From Chrysochromulina tobinii (taxonomy: Eukaryota), in the NCBI GenBank assembly GCA_001275005.1, contig JWZX01002639.1, forward strand, positions 1 to 52,363: a DNA stretch of 52,363 bases. The letters run 5' to 3'. The notes below the pieces were generated by a model that saw only the letters and a list, made by a program, of their open reading frames with translations, did not search any database and was not told where the DNA came from. How positions within the stretch are numbered: the stretch's first letter is position 1; the number at the start of each line of letters is the position of its first letter. The position numbers and the translations under genes are program-made. Positions 22,389-33,562 of this stretch are shown here, piece by piece.

Positions 22389-23606
22389 CTAGGCCTCCTC
22401 CTCCTCCTCCTCCTCCTCGTCGTCGTCGTCATCCTCTTCCTCCTCGACACCATCGGGTGCCAGCGGCGCAACCTCGGGCATCGGTGGAGCGGCAGCGGCC
22501 ACGTCGACGCCGACCAAGGACGCATCCATGTCGGTGGCCACAGGGGCGTCGACGCCGTTGGTAGTGGCCGGCATGACGCTCGGCATGATGCTCGCTGCCG
22601 AGGCGTCTGTGATGGCACTCTCGAGCTTGACGCGCTTCGCCCCCGCGGAGTCACCCTCCTCGTCCGCCGCCAGCTCCGACTTGGGCTCCGCGCCGTGACG
22701 GGCGCCCGCCTCGTCCTCCTCGCCCTCATCCTCCTCTCCGAGACCGAAGTCCTCAGCGCCCGCCTCGCCCGCCTCCTCGTCCTCGCCCGCAGCACCGACC
22801 CCCGTGGCGCCCGCCGCGCTGGCCGCGCCGGCCGCGCCGGACGGCCCCTTGAACAACTTGGAAGCCGGGTTCTGCTCGGCGTTGCCCCAATTGCGTGCGG
22901 CCTCGCGGAAGGCGTCCTTGTGCGAAAGCTCGGGCTGCACGACCTTGATGCGAGCGACCTCGGTCTTCATAAAGAGGTTGTACGCACTCGGTGCGCGCGG
23001 TGCGCGCATTGGATCGCGCTCCCCACGCCGCTTGCGCCCGCGCCCGCGCCCGCCGCGCCCGCCGCCGCGTGTCGGGTCGGCCCCATACTGCATCCCGCCC
23101 ATGCTGGGGGGCATGCCTGGCGGTCCGGCGCCCATCATGCGCGGATCGTGCCACTTCATCATGCGCGGGTCCACGAACTGCTGCTGCTGCTGTCTGGGCG
23201 GCATCATGTACTGCTGCTGCTGCATCATCTGCATCTGCGCCGGCGCGGGAGCCTGGTTTTGCACTGCGATCGACTGGTTCGGCACCGCGATCTGAAACTG
23301 GCTCCCGGGGCCGGCGCCCTGGGGCACGACGACCATGTACTGCTGGCCGGTCGGCGTCATCACCACCATCTGCTCTCCGACGCGCACGTTGGGCGGCACG
23401 TTCACCAGCATGAGCGTGACGCCGGGCATCTGCTGCTGCTGCTGCATCTGCTGCTGCATCTGGTGGTGCTGCTGCTGCTGAAGCTGCAGCAGCTGCTGCT
23501 GCTGCAGCTGCTGCAGCAGTTGCTGTTGCTGCTGCTGCTGCTCGGCGTACCCCGGCGGCATCTGCCCGGGCATCTGCGGGAAGCCCGGCGGCATGTTCGG
23601 TTGCAT
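22389..23606 (-). CDS. PolyQ protein with a YABBY-like/HMG-box-like domain and an acidic tail
   Basis: RAPSAYNLFMKTEVARIKVVQPELSHKDAFREAARNW closely matches the YABBY C-terminal domain. Q-rich N-terminus, RG-rich basic patch, D/E tail. ATG at 23606. Confidence 0.8.
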   Translation of the reverse strand: MQPNMPPGFPQMPGQMPPGYAEQQQQQQQLLQQLQQQQLLQLQQQQHHQMQQQMQQQQQMPGVTLMLVNVPPNVRVGEQMVVMTPTGQQYMVVVPQGAGPGSQFQIAVPNQSIAVQNQAPAPAQMQMMQQQQYMMPPRQQQQQFVDPRMMKWHDPRMMGAGPPGMPPSMGGMQYGADPTRGGGRGGRGRGRKRRGERDPMRAPRAPSAYNLFMKTEVARIKVVQPELSHKDAFREAARNWGNAEQNPASKLFKGPSGAAGAASAAGATGVGAAGEDEEAGEAGAEDFGLGEEDEGEEDEAGARHGAEPKSELAADEEGDSAGAKRVKLESAITDASAASIMPSVMPATTNGVDAPVATDMDASLVGVDVAAAAPPMPEVAPLAPDGVEEEEDDDDDEEEEEEEEA

Positions 23607-24107
23607 CGTCCTGGGTGACAGGTTGAAGACTGGACAAATAGATGGCCTTTCTTGCGATCTACTGGTACGTGTCCGTTTCTGGATGCTCGCCCATGAGATT
23701 TGTGATAATTGATGAGTGCTACCGGTAACGGTTGTATTGCGTCGACACATGAGAATGCTCGCCAAATGCCCAAATTCTATGTAAGCTTCAATATGCACCA
23801 CGATTACCATGCGATTACACTGCGACCCCTGCAGCAGTCAGAAATTTCGCGGACCAGAAGTACGCTCTCCGCACTGACCACGAACTCCGCGCTTACATGT
23901 ACGGTATTGGGCATCGACCACACTCATGCACTCATTGGTGCCAGCCCAGCTTTACATTATACATTGTACCTTTTTCCGATACACGGCTGTATGTGTAGCA
24001 GGTTGTGGATGCCACCGTGCGCGCGCGCGCGCGCGTGCCCCTTGGCGCGTGCGCATTGTGGGGGGTTGGAGTTGCGCGTGTGTTTCACAGCGCCTGCACA
24101 GCTCACA

Positions 24108-27100
24108 ATGGCGTTGGCGTCGGCGCGAGGGATGGGCGACCCGATCGCTGACCTTGCGCTCTTCACGGACAAGCGCCTTGTCGTGCTTGGCGGCTTCGGC
24201 GCGAGTAGCGGGCCGCACTCGCAGCAGTGGCGCTCCATTTGGGACGCGTGCAAGAATTACGGCGAGGGTGGCGACCCGGCCAAGGAGGAGCTTGAACGTT
24301 CCAAGGGCTGCAACTACTATTGCGGCGACTGTCACGCGTTGACCTTTGGTGCGCCCGCGGCGGCACTCTCCTCGGACGCCACCGCCACCGCGACCGCAGC
24401 CGAACCCGAGTGGGGCCGCATCGACTTTGGGTCTGAGGCGAGCCAGCTGCTCCAGCGCACGGGGCATACACTCACCTCGCTGCAGGCAGGCGGGCGGATG
24501 CTGCTCTTTGGTGGACGCAACTTGCAACGGATGAGCCGCTCGGGCGGTGGCGGCGCCGAGGCTGCGAATGCCGCTGCGAGTGCGGCTGCGAGTGCGGCTG
24601 CGAGTGCGGCTGCGGTGGCTGAAGGCAGCAGCAGCAGCAGCAGCAGGGGCGACCTGAGCGACCGGCCAAGCACGGCAGCATGTGCAGAATCGCGCGCAGC
24701 GTGGTGCAGCGCCATGGGCAGCGGCGGCGGAACGAGCGCGACGACGGGTGCGCCGACGCTCTCGACGCTGTGCACCAACGAGGCGTGGCTGCTCGAGGTA
24801 CGGCCCGATCATCATCCGCCTCGTTTGTGATTGCCACTAATTTCCACTGATTGCCTCCCTCATCAGGTACGGCCCGATCCGCATCCGCCTCAATTACGCG
24901 CGCTCGTCGCCTCCGGACCGGCGCCGAGCGCGCGCGCTCACCACAGCGCGACGCTCCTCGGCGACACGCTGTACGTGCTGGGGGGCACGGGGCCGCACGA
25001 GGCGGAGAGGCGCGACGTGCACGCCCTCCACCTGCCCAACATGCAATGGTACGTGCCTCACACCCTCGGTATGCCGCCGCCAGTGCTCACGCGCCACACG
25101 TCAACGGCCCTCAACGGAGCCCTCTTTGTCTTTGGAGGCTCGGTTCGTGGGCCGAGCGGCGCGGGCGGCCGGCCGGGCAAGCTGCGTTACTCGTCGCAGC
25201 TGCACACGCTCGCGCCCGCGACGTCGGCTGGAACGGCTGCATCGCTCCCCACGACGAGGGGCGCGGGCGAGAAGCACTTGCCGGTGGAGGGTGGAGACGC
25301 GCCACCGCTGCCGCAGCCGATACAGCAGCCGATACAGCAGCCGATGCAGCAGCCGATGCAGCAGCTGGCCGGCCGGCCGGCCACCGTACGCGCACAGTCC
25401 GCAAGGGCCCACAGCATGCACACGACCGTGGGGCACGCCGCCGCTTTGGGTGCGCCGCGCCCGGTCTCGGCACATTCGCATTCAGGGCGTGCGGCCGGTG
25501 CCGGCGGCGCGAACGGGACGAACGATCCCCTGGGCAGATTGCTCGTTTGGAAGGCGGTGGAGACGACGGGGCAACGACCCGCGCCGCGCGCCGAGCACGG
25601 CGCGGCGGCCTCGGCGGGGAAGCTCTTTGTGTTTGGCGGGCAGCGGCTGAGCAGCGCCAGGGGTAGTGCGGCGGGCGCAGGGGGCGCGGCGCGGCGCACT
25701 CCGCTCGCAGCAGCGGCCGGCGCTGCGGCGCCGACGGCGAGGGCGAGCCACGACTTATTTGTGCTGGACCCTGCGACGATGACATGGTCGCAGCTGGCGC
25801 GCACGCCGCCCTTGCGCCGCGAGGCGTGCGCGTTCGTCGCGCTCGGCGACCGTTTCCTCCTCGCCTTCGGCGGCTGGTGTGGGCTCTCGAAGGGCGAAGA
25901 GCCTTCCAAGACGGCGCCATGGTCAGACGCACTCCATGCGCTGCACCTGCCCACGCAGCAATGGTTCCAGATGAATGCGCCCGGGCTGCGCCCGTCGGCG
26001 CGCTATGGGCACGCGGCGGCCGTCGTGGACCCAGCCCCCACTGCGGCGCACTACTGCACACTCGCGGGCGAAGGACTGCAGAGCGCGAGCGCGGGCAATC
26101 TCGCGGGCTTCGAGATCACCGCATGTGACCAGCGGCGCATGCCCAAATGGGCAGGTGATGACCCCTGATGATCTCTGATGATCTCTGATGACCTCTGATG
26201 ACCTCTGATGACCTCTGATGACCTCTGATGGCCTCTGATGACCAATGATGACCTCTTTTGACGACTGATGACCACTGATGCCCCCCGATGACCACTGATC
26301 ACCACGGATGACTCGCCCAAATGGGCAGGAGGCGATAGCTTTAGGGTCACGCTCAAGGGGCTGGGCGGCGCGCTTGACGGCCTCGTGGTCGAGGGCGCCG
26401 TGAGAGATAACCTGGACGGCACCTACTCTGCTTCGTATGTGGCCATCAAGGCGGGGCGCTACCTGCTCAGCGTGTCCCTACTGCAAGAGGATGAGGGTGC
26501 ATGGGACATCTCCGAGGTTGCGGCTGCCGACGGGAGCAACGCCGAGGCTCGCTCGCGGGTGTCGCTGCCGGTCGGCCGGCCGTATACAATCGAGGTGCTC
26601 CCGGGCGCTCTGAGCGCATGCGGATTGCCTCTAATTGCATGCTGATTGCCTCCCTCATCAGGTGCTCCCGGGCGCTCCGTACGCTCTGAGCGCCACACTG
26701 CCCTCGTGCTGGGCCACTGCCAATGAACGCTTCGGGCCCATCGGGCTGCGGATCGTCGATGCACACAACAACCCGCTGCCGGGCCGTACGCTCGCGCCCA
26801 AGGTGGAGCTCCGCGCGATGGCGCCGCTGCGTGCCAATGGGACCGAGGCGCCCACGCCGGCGCCGCCCGTGTGCGAGCTCGACGAGTACACACCCGACGG
26901 GCAGCTGTGGCTCCGGCTGTGTGGGTCGGCGGCGCGCGTGACGCTCGTGCTGAGCGCGGCCTACCAGCCGCCGTACGAGCCTGCCAAGGTCGATCGGCAT
27001 CGCGCAGCGGCCATCGAGCTCGGGCTCGATGGCACCGGGGTGGTGACCGATAGTGCGCATGGCTCGTGTGCGCAGCAAGTGCAGCCTGCCGAGCTGCTGC

Positions 27101-30100
27101 TGCACCTGACGGGCGGCGCGCGCGCGCTCTGCGTCTCGGTTGGCTCTCGCGGCGCCGTGGCGGACCAAATCTATGGCCCACTGCGCGTGACGGCCGTCGA
27201 CGACGAAGGCAACGCCGTCGGGAGCCACGATGATGGCGGCCACTTTGAGCCGCTCGTAACGGTTCGCCGCATCGATGCCGGCGGCAACGCCAGCGGCAGC
27301 GCCGGCAGCAGCGCCGGCAGCAGCAGCAGCAGCAGCGATGGCATCGGAGGCGGGAGCGGTGGGAGCGACGTCCCGTCCGACGACGCACGCGTCGATGTCA
27401 CAGTGCAAAAGGTGGTGTGGCAGCAGGTTGGAGCAAGCCAGTGCCCCATTGCTCTCGTGTGGCTCACGCTTCGTGGACGCTCTGGCGAGGTGCACGTCGA
27501 GATCGCGGACGCCAAGGGGCGAGTCGCAAGGGGCGCGCGCGTGCCACTCTATTTGACTGGGCCACCCTACACGCTGCGTGTGAGCAACGATGTCGCGACC
27601 AGCGCGGCTGGGGATGAGCTCGGACCGATTCTCGTTCGTCTCGTCGACTCACGGGGCAAGCAGGTATGCGGCCTCCCGTTTGCACCCGTGGTGAGCCTCT
27701 CAGAGGAGCCACCGGCAGCCGCGACGACGACCTCCGCCGCTTTGGGCGTGGGCGGCAGCACGTTTTGTGAGTTGACGCGGCTGGAGTGGCAGCGGACGAG
27801 CGGGAACGCAGTCGCGCAAGCGGCGGCGCTGCATGTGCGGTTGCGAGGACGCGCGGGAGATGTCACGCTCTGGATCCACGACACGGCCTCGTACGCATGC
27901 GCGCCGGTGCCGCTTCGGCTGCAGCTGGTGGCTGGCCCGACGGTGCCGCAGTGCTGCCGTGTGCCGCCGCCCGCCGAGTGCACGGCGTCGCTCGTGGCGG
28001 GCGAGTGGCGGTCTGCCATCGTGCAGTGCGCTGACATGTACGGCAACGCGGCGCCGGCGGGGAGCGATCGAATTGAGCTCGCCGTCCATCAGCTTGGCGG
28101 CGATGGCGGCCGAGGAGGCGGTGCGAAGCTTGTAGCCTGTGCGAGCTCAATGGAAGAAGGCACCAAGGCAAGTGGCAGCGTTGGTGGCGCCGTCGCTGGC
28201 CATCGCCCCAGCCCCGACTCCGCTATGGTCCGCTGCGGCTGCATGTCGACGATGCCCGACGCTGGCGAGCCACCCGGTACAGCGCTCCATCTGGACGAGA
28301 CGCCCGGTGCGGTCGCGCCCAAGGTGCGAGTCGAGGTGCTGCCGGGCGGAGCGTATCGACTCGCTTGGCGACTGACGGCCGCCGCCCGCTACGCGCTCAG
28401 CATGCGCTGCAACGGCGTCGCCCTCTTCTCCACGAACAAGGGCGCTGTCACCATCTCAAAGGGCAGTGCAGAGGGGCCCTCACTGCTGCCCACCGCCCCG
28501 CCGTCGCTCGCCATGGCCCAAGCATTGGCGCTGCTGAATGGCCTCGCGCCGGCGGCGGCGGACGTTACGCCCCGTGGCGATGGCTTGCACGCCGTGGCGG
28601 CAATGGCGCCAGCGTCCACGCACCCCGACATGGTGGCGGAGTATTTGGCCATGGTTGTGACGCCTGCAGCGCCGCATGCTCTGCGCGTCTTGCTTCGCGG
28701 GGTCGGGGCGGGGGTCGGGGGGGCGGCTTCGGAGGTGTCCGAGGCGGCACTCCTCCTGAGCGGACTGCCACAGCCGCCTTCACACGCAACCTATGTGCCA
28801 GCCGACGCGACACCAATGGTCGAGGTTGAGGCCGGTCGAAGAGTAACGATTCAAGTGCAGCCCGTGGATGCTTTTGGCAACGCGCACACGGCGCCCTTGG
28901 CGCTATCGACCCCCTTCGAGCTGCGTCTGACGCGTCACGGCGGCCATTCGAGCGAGGGCGACGCCGTCCCCCTTCCCGAGCTGCTCCCTTTGGGTGAATC
29001 GTGGCGCCCGCTCCCCGCCGCCGAGGGCGGCGGCGCGATGCTTCGCCTCGCCATTGGCGGTGGCGCAGGCCCGATCCAACTGGGTGTGAGCGCGTCCATC
29101 CCGCCTTCACAGCCGCCTTCACAGCCGATCAAACAGGGTATGAGCGCCATGGTGAGCGCGTCCATCCCGACGGCGCCGTGCCGGGCGCCGTGCTCCGCAA
29201 GCGCAGGAGGGGCCGCGCTGTGGGATCATTTGATGGGCGCCGCGCCCTCGGCCACAGTTGACGAACCCTCGGCCAAAGTTGACGAACCCTCGGCCAGCTC
29301 CGCGACTGCATCGGCCGCGCCGTCGCTGCCCTTTGTTCCGGCAGACGAACCCAATTCGCTCTTACGGGGCTGCGCGCACCTATTGCTTGTGCCTGGTCGA
29401 CCTCATGCGCCCCTGTGCGAGCTCGAGGGCGACGGGGTGCACGGCGCCGTTGCGGGCGAGCGGGCGCGCCTTCGGCTGCGGCTGCGTGATGAGTGGGGCA
29501 ATCAGATCGGTCGGACGCGCACCGCGGCGCCCGATGCGCCCACCACGGCGCCCCAGCTCCTGATTGAGCTGATGAGCGAGGAGGCCTTGGGTGGCACTAC
29601 TGCTAGTTCAGCCACGGCCGAAGTATCCAAGCCTCGGCTGCAGGCGGACGGCTCCTATAGCATGCATTACACGGTGGTGCGCACTGGCACGTGCCGCGTG
29701 AGCGTGCTGCTCGGCACCAAGCACGTGCGCCACTCGCCGTCCCTCGTGCTCGTGCGCGCGGGCGCGCCGGTGTCCCTGAGACTTCGGGCGCCCTCGCACT
29801 CCCCCATCTGTGGGGAAATGTACGGGCCGATCGCTGTGTGGCCGGTGGATGCGTTTGGCAACGCGGTGCTCGCGACGCCCTTCGAGCCGCTCACCCTCGG
29901 CGCTGCTGACGGCGCCGACAAGGGCGCCGCCGACAAGGGCGCCGACAAGGGCGCCGACAGGGGCACCGAGCCGCCAGTAGCGCCCGCGGAGATCGTGCGT
30001 CTCGAGTGGAACTATGTGAGCACTCGTGGCGAGGTGGGCGCTCACGACGGCGCCCGGGCGGACGCTCACGACGGCGCCCAAGGGGGCGGCGGCGGCGGTT

Positions 30101-33100
30101 GCGGCGGCACGACGCACGCGATGGTAGCGACCTCGGAATACGAGCGCCTCCACGTGGCCGTGCTCACGCTCAAGCTGCGCGCCCGTTGCGGCGCGTGCAC
30201 GCTCTTGGTCCGCGACAACTCGCCTCTCCAGCTGCACCCAGGGCGACTGGCGCTCACGATAGCGCCGGGACGGCTCGCCAGCCTGCATGCGCAGTGTTTC
30301 GTCAGCCAGGCGGTGGTGCTCGAGCCGTTTGGGCCGTTGGCCATCAGCGCGCATGACGCCTACGGCAACGCGCTGCCGGCGGGCGACTTGCCGCTGCGGG
30401 TGTCCGTGCGGCGCGAGGGCGCGCGGGAGCCCGGCACGGCGCGGGAGCCCGGCACGGCGCGGGAGCCCGGCACGGCGCGGGAGCCCGGCACGGCGCGGGA
30501 GCCCGGCACGCACGAGGCGCTCAGCACGGCGCTCCGATGCGAGGTTTGGCATCGAGACGCCAAGGCCACCGCCGCCGGCAGCCGCTTCTCGGCTGTGCTC
30601 TACCTTCGGTTACTCGAGGGCGAGCCAGGTGACCTGCGTGCATGCTGATGGCCTCTGAGTGCATGCTGATTGCCTCCCTCATTACCTTCGGCTGCTCGAG
30701 GGCGAGCCAGGTGACCTGCGTGCATGCTGATGGCCTCTGAGTGCATGCGGATTGCCTCCCTCATTACCTTCGGCTGCTCGAGGGCGAGCCAGGTGACCTT
30801 CACATCTCCTGATGATGGCCCCTGATGATGGGCACTGATTGCGTCGGATTGCTGTCCTCATCAGGTGATTACCCTTAATTGCGTCTTTGATGACGGCCAC
30901 TGATTGCGTCGGATTGCTGTCCTCATCAGGTGACCTTCTCATCTCCATCGGGCTCGACACGAGCGCGGGCGCCGTCGCGGGCGCATCGAGCGCCGTCATG
31001 GGCGTGCCCAGCGCCGTCGCGGGCGCACTGCTGTCGGTGCAGCCCGCCGTCCTGCCGCTCCCCCTTTCAAGCGGGCTCACCTTCTATTCCGAGAACCCGT
31101 TCGTCTCGCATGCGCTGCTCGCGCGTCGGTGGCGCGAGCTCGCGGCGCCCAGCCGTGAATGCTCCCTCATTTGGACTGTGAAGACGACCGATGTGGACTT
31201 CAAGACGCTGAGCCGCGGCCAGCTCTGTAACCACTTTGAGCGCTGCGCTCTCACCACGAAGGTTGGCCTCCTCGAGTGCCTGCACGACGAGACTCGACGC
31301 CCCGCCGCCACGGTCACCGGCAGCGCCACCGGCCACGGCGTGAGCGCCGCCGTGAGCGCCACCGGCAAGGGCGGCAAGGGCGCCAACAGCGACGGCGACG
31401 GCGGCGGCGGCGGCGGCGGCGGTGACGAGCTCGCGGGGCGCGTGCCAGTCGCGAGCTTCTTCCCGCGCTCATACGACCTGAGCGACGAGGCGCAGCTCGC
31501 CGCATTCACCTCTGATTTCCATCTGACCGCCGCCGCCGCGCTCCTCCATCGCTACTACGCCTACGGGCCGTCCGAAGACGATTGTCCACCTTTATCTGCC
31601 CACTACAGCGCGAGCGCCGTTGCGGTGGCAGGAGACGGGGCGGAGATGGAGGCGGGCGGTGTTCTTCCCCCAAAGGGCGATGCAGCAGCTGCGGGCAGTA
31701 GAGCCGTGCCCAAGGCGACGCCGATGCGTTCCAAATCCGTCTCCAAGTCCATCGCGGTCCATCGAGGTCCATCGAGCGTGGCGAGTGCGCCTGCCGCGGC
31801 CTCGGGAGCAGCGGGGGGCGCGGCCGCGGCCCTCGCGGCGGCGGCGGCGGCGGCGCTGCCGAGCGGCGTGCCGCTGTGTCTGGTGGAGTCTGCCCTCGCG
31901 GCTGCCAAGCACGCGCTCGGGTATCCAAGCGGGCCAGACGCGAGCGCCCGCGGCGGCGCGCGCCCCCAGCCGTCGGCGGCTGATCTCGCGGCGATCTCGC
32001 GCTTCGTCGCCTCGCCCGAGCCGCCGGAGCTCGACGGAGATTGCGTGCGAGCCGAGGAGCGACGAAGCGCGAGATCGCCGGAGCTCGACGGAGATTGCGT
32101 GCGAGCCGAGGAGCGCGCCCGACACAGCGGCGAGCATGCGCTCGTCTTGTATGCGCAGGCCAGGCTGGTGCTCGAGCAGCTGCGCTCGAGCACCGCGCAG
32201 ATGTGCTTCGAGGCGCTCGACGGCCGTCGTAACGTGTGGGTCCTCAAGCCGAGTTATGGGTCCAAGGGCGTGGGCGTACGGCTCCTGAATGGCGACGAGG
32301 GGCTGAGCGCCGTGCTGGGCGAGCGCGACAGCCGGCGCGTGGTCCAAAAGTACGTGGAGCGGCCGCTGCTCATCGGCGGCTACAAGTTCGATATCCGGTG
32401 CTGGGTGCTTGTGACCGAGTGGTCCCCGCAGCTCCGCGCCTGGTTCTACGACGACGACGTGCTGCTTCGCTTCTGCTCTGACGCGTTCGATCTTGATGAG
32501 CTTCACAATCGGTTCGGCCACATCACGAACCGCACGGTCCAGCAGGAGCGCTGTGCCGAGCGCTCGCGGCCCGGCACAGCGCTCTCGTCCGCGTCCAGCC
32601 TGGGCGGCGGCCTGGGCGGCGGCCTGGGCGGCGGCGGCGGATGGGGCGGCGGCGGCGGCGGCGGCGGCGGCCTGGGTAGCGCCAGCATGATGGGAGGCGG
32701 CCTTGCGAGCAGCAGCAGCCTCGTGGACCGTTTCGGCAGCAGCAGCGCCCTCGGCCTCGGCAGCCGCCCCGCGCGCGCCCAGTCCGCGCGCCCAGTACGA
32801 CGCTCGCCCGCGCAGCTCGCGGCGGCGGCCGCCGCCGAAAAGGAAGCATGCCCTCTCGCCGGGGCGCTCTGGTCAGCTGCCCAGCTGGATGCGCACCTAT
32901 CCGCCCTGGGCCTCGGTACGGCCTGGTCCGAGTCGGTGCTTCCGCGGATGCGCGCGATCGCGGCGGCGACGCTACAGCGCGGTGCCGAGCGCGCGGAGGC
33001 GCACGGCGGCGCCGGCGCCCACGGCGGCGCCAATGGCTGGAGCTCCTCGTTTGAGATCTTTGGGCTCGACATGGTGCTGGACGAGACGTTACGCCCATGG

Positions 33101-33259
33101 CTCATCGAGGTGAATGAGGCGCCCAATCTATCGGCGCACGGCTCGGCGCTGAAAGAGCTCATCCTCCAGCCGATGCTGAGCGCGGCGGTTGAGCTCGTCG
33201 TCGAGCCCGAGCACCGGCGTGCGCCGCCGGAGCGGGTGGGTGGTTGGCATCGGCTTTGA
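24108..33259 (+). CDS. ~2,846-aa Kelch-repeat, filamin/Ig-like repeat and tubulin-tyrosine-ligase-like (TTLL3/8 glycylase-type) protein; exons 24108-24797, 24867-26154, 26329-26594, 26662-30628, 30930-33259
   Basis: Kelch motifs (RTGHTLT..MLLFGG, PSARAHHSA..LYVLGG, PRAEHGA..LFVFGG). Filamin motifs (GEGL..A.AG...F.IT, GGDSF, DNLDGTYSASY, D.YGN/D.FGN). TTL motifs (NHFE..LTTKVGL, FFPRSYDL, WVLKPS, VVQKYVERPLLI, KFDIRCWVLVT, FEIFGLD, WLIEVN). All four introns give compatible phases. Confidence 0.8.
24798..24866 (+). other. GT-AG intron, 27-bp junction duplication (2 mismatches)
   Basis: AG|GTACGGCCCGATCATCATCCGCCTC versus AG|GTACGGCCCGATCCGCATCCGCCTC; ends CTGATTGCCTCCCTCATCAG. Confidence 0.9.
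26155..26328 (+). other. GT-AG intron with a (CTCTGATGAC)n array and a 15-bp junction duplication
   Basis: GCCCAAATGGGCAG|G at both ends; removal gives PKWAGGDSFRV. Confidence 0.9.
26595..26661 (+). other. GT-AG intron, 18-bp junction duplication
   Basis: AG|GTGCTCCCGGGCGCTC at both junctions; ends CTGATTGCCTCCCTCATCAG. Confidence 0.9.
30421..30510 (+). repeat. 18-bp coding minisatellite x5 (AREPGT)
   Basis: GCGCGGGAGCCCGGCACG repeated five times. Confidence 0.9.
30629..30929 (+). other. Compound GT-AG intron containing 82-bp tandem copies of the exon end/donor and two candidate acceptors
   Basis: Units start at 30601, 30683 and 30765. CCTCATCAG acceptors end at 30863 and 30929. Splicing 30628 to 30930 gives EPG-DLLISIG in phase 1. 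Confidence 0.8.
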
Positions 33260-33562
33260 GCTCCCACGTTTGACCTTCCTCTCATTCAACTAAGATTCTT
33301 CGGCTGCAGACGCAGCCGGGTAATATGACTACCCCTTGGCGCTTGGAAATACACGGGACACAGTCGGCGCCGCGGGCCAAGCCAGCTGTCAAACGTCACG
33401 ACCGCCTTCTCAGGTTCCACACTCTACTAAATAGTTAGGCGGTTAGAATGTGGGGATATTTGGACGCTGATGGTACAATTCACGAACCTGGAACTTGCGC
33501 CTCCATTGTTTCCTTCCAGTGTGAATTAATAGCAAGGGTCGTAGTTTCACACGTCCCTTGTC

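Noticed and set aside
26155..26328. TGATGA/CTGA as snoRNA C/D boxes
   Set aside because: The motifs are a tandem array with no guide region or terminal stem; better explained as intron filler.
32024..32115. 54-bp-period duplication (PELDGDCVRAEER x2) in the TTL region as another intron
   Set aside because: In frame with no convincing donor/acceptor pair; treated as a simple coding duplication.
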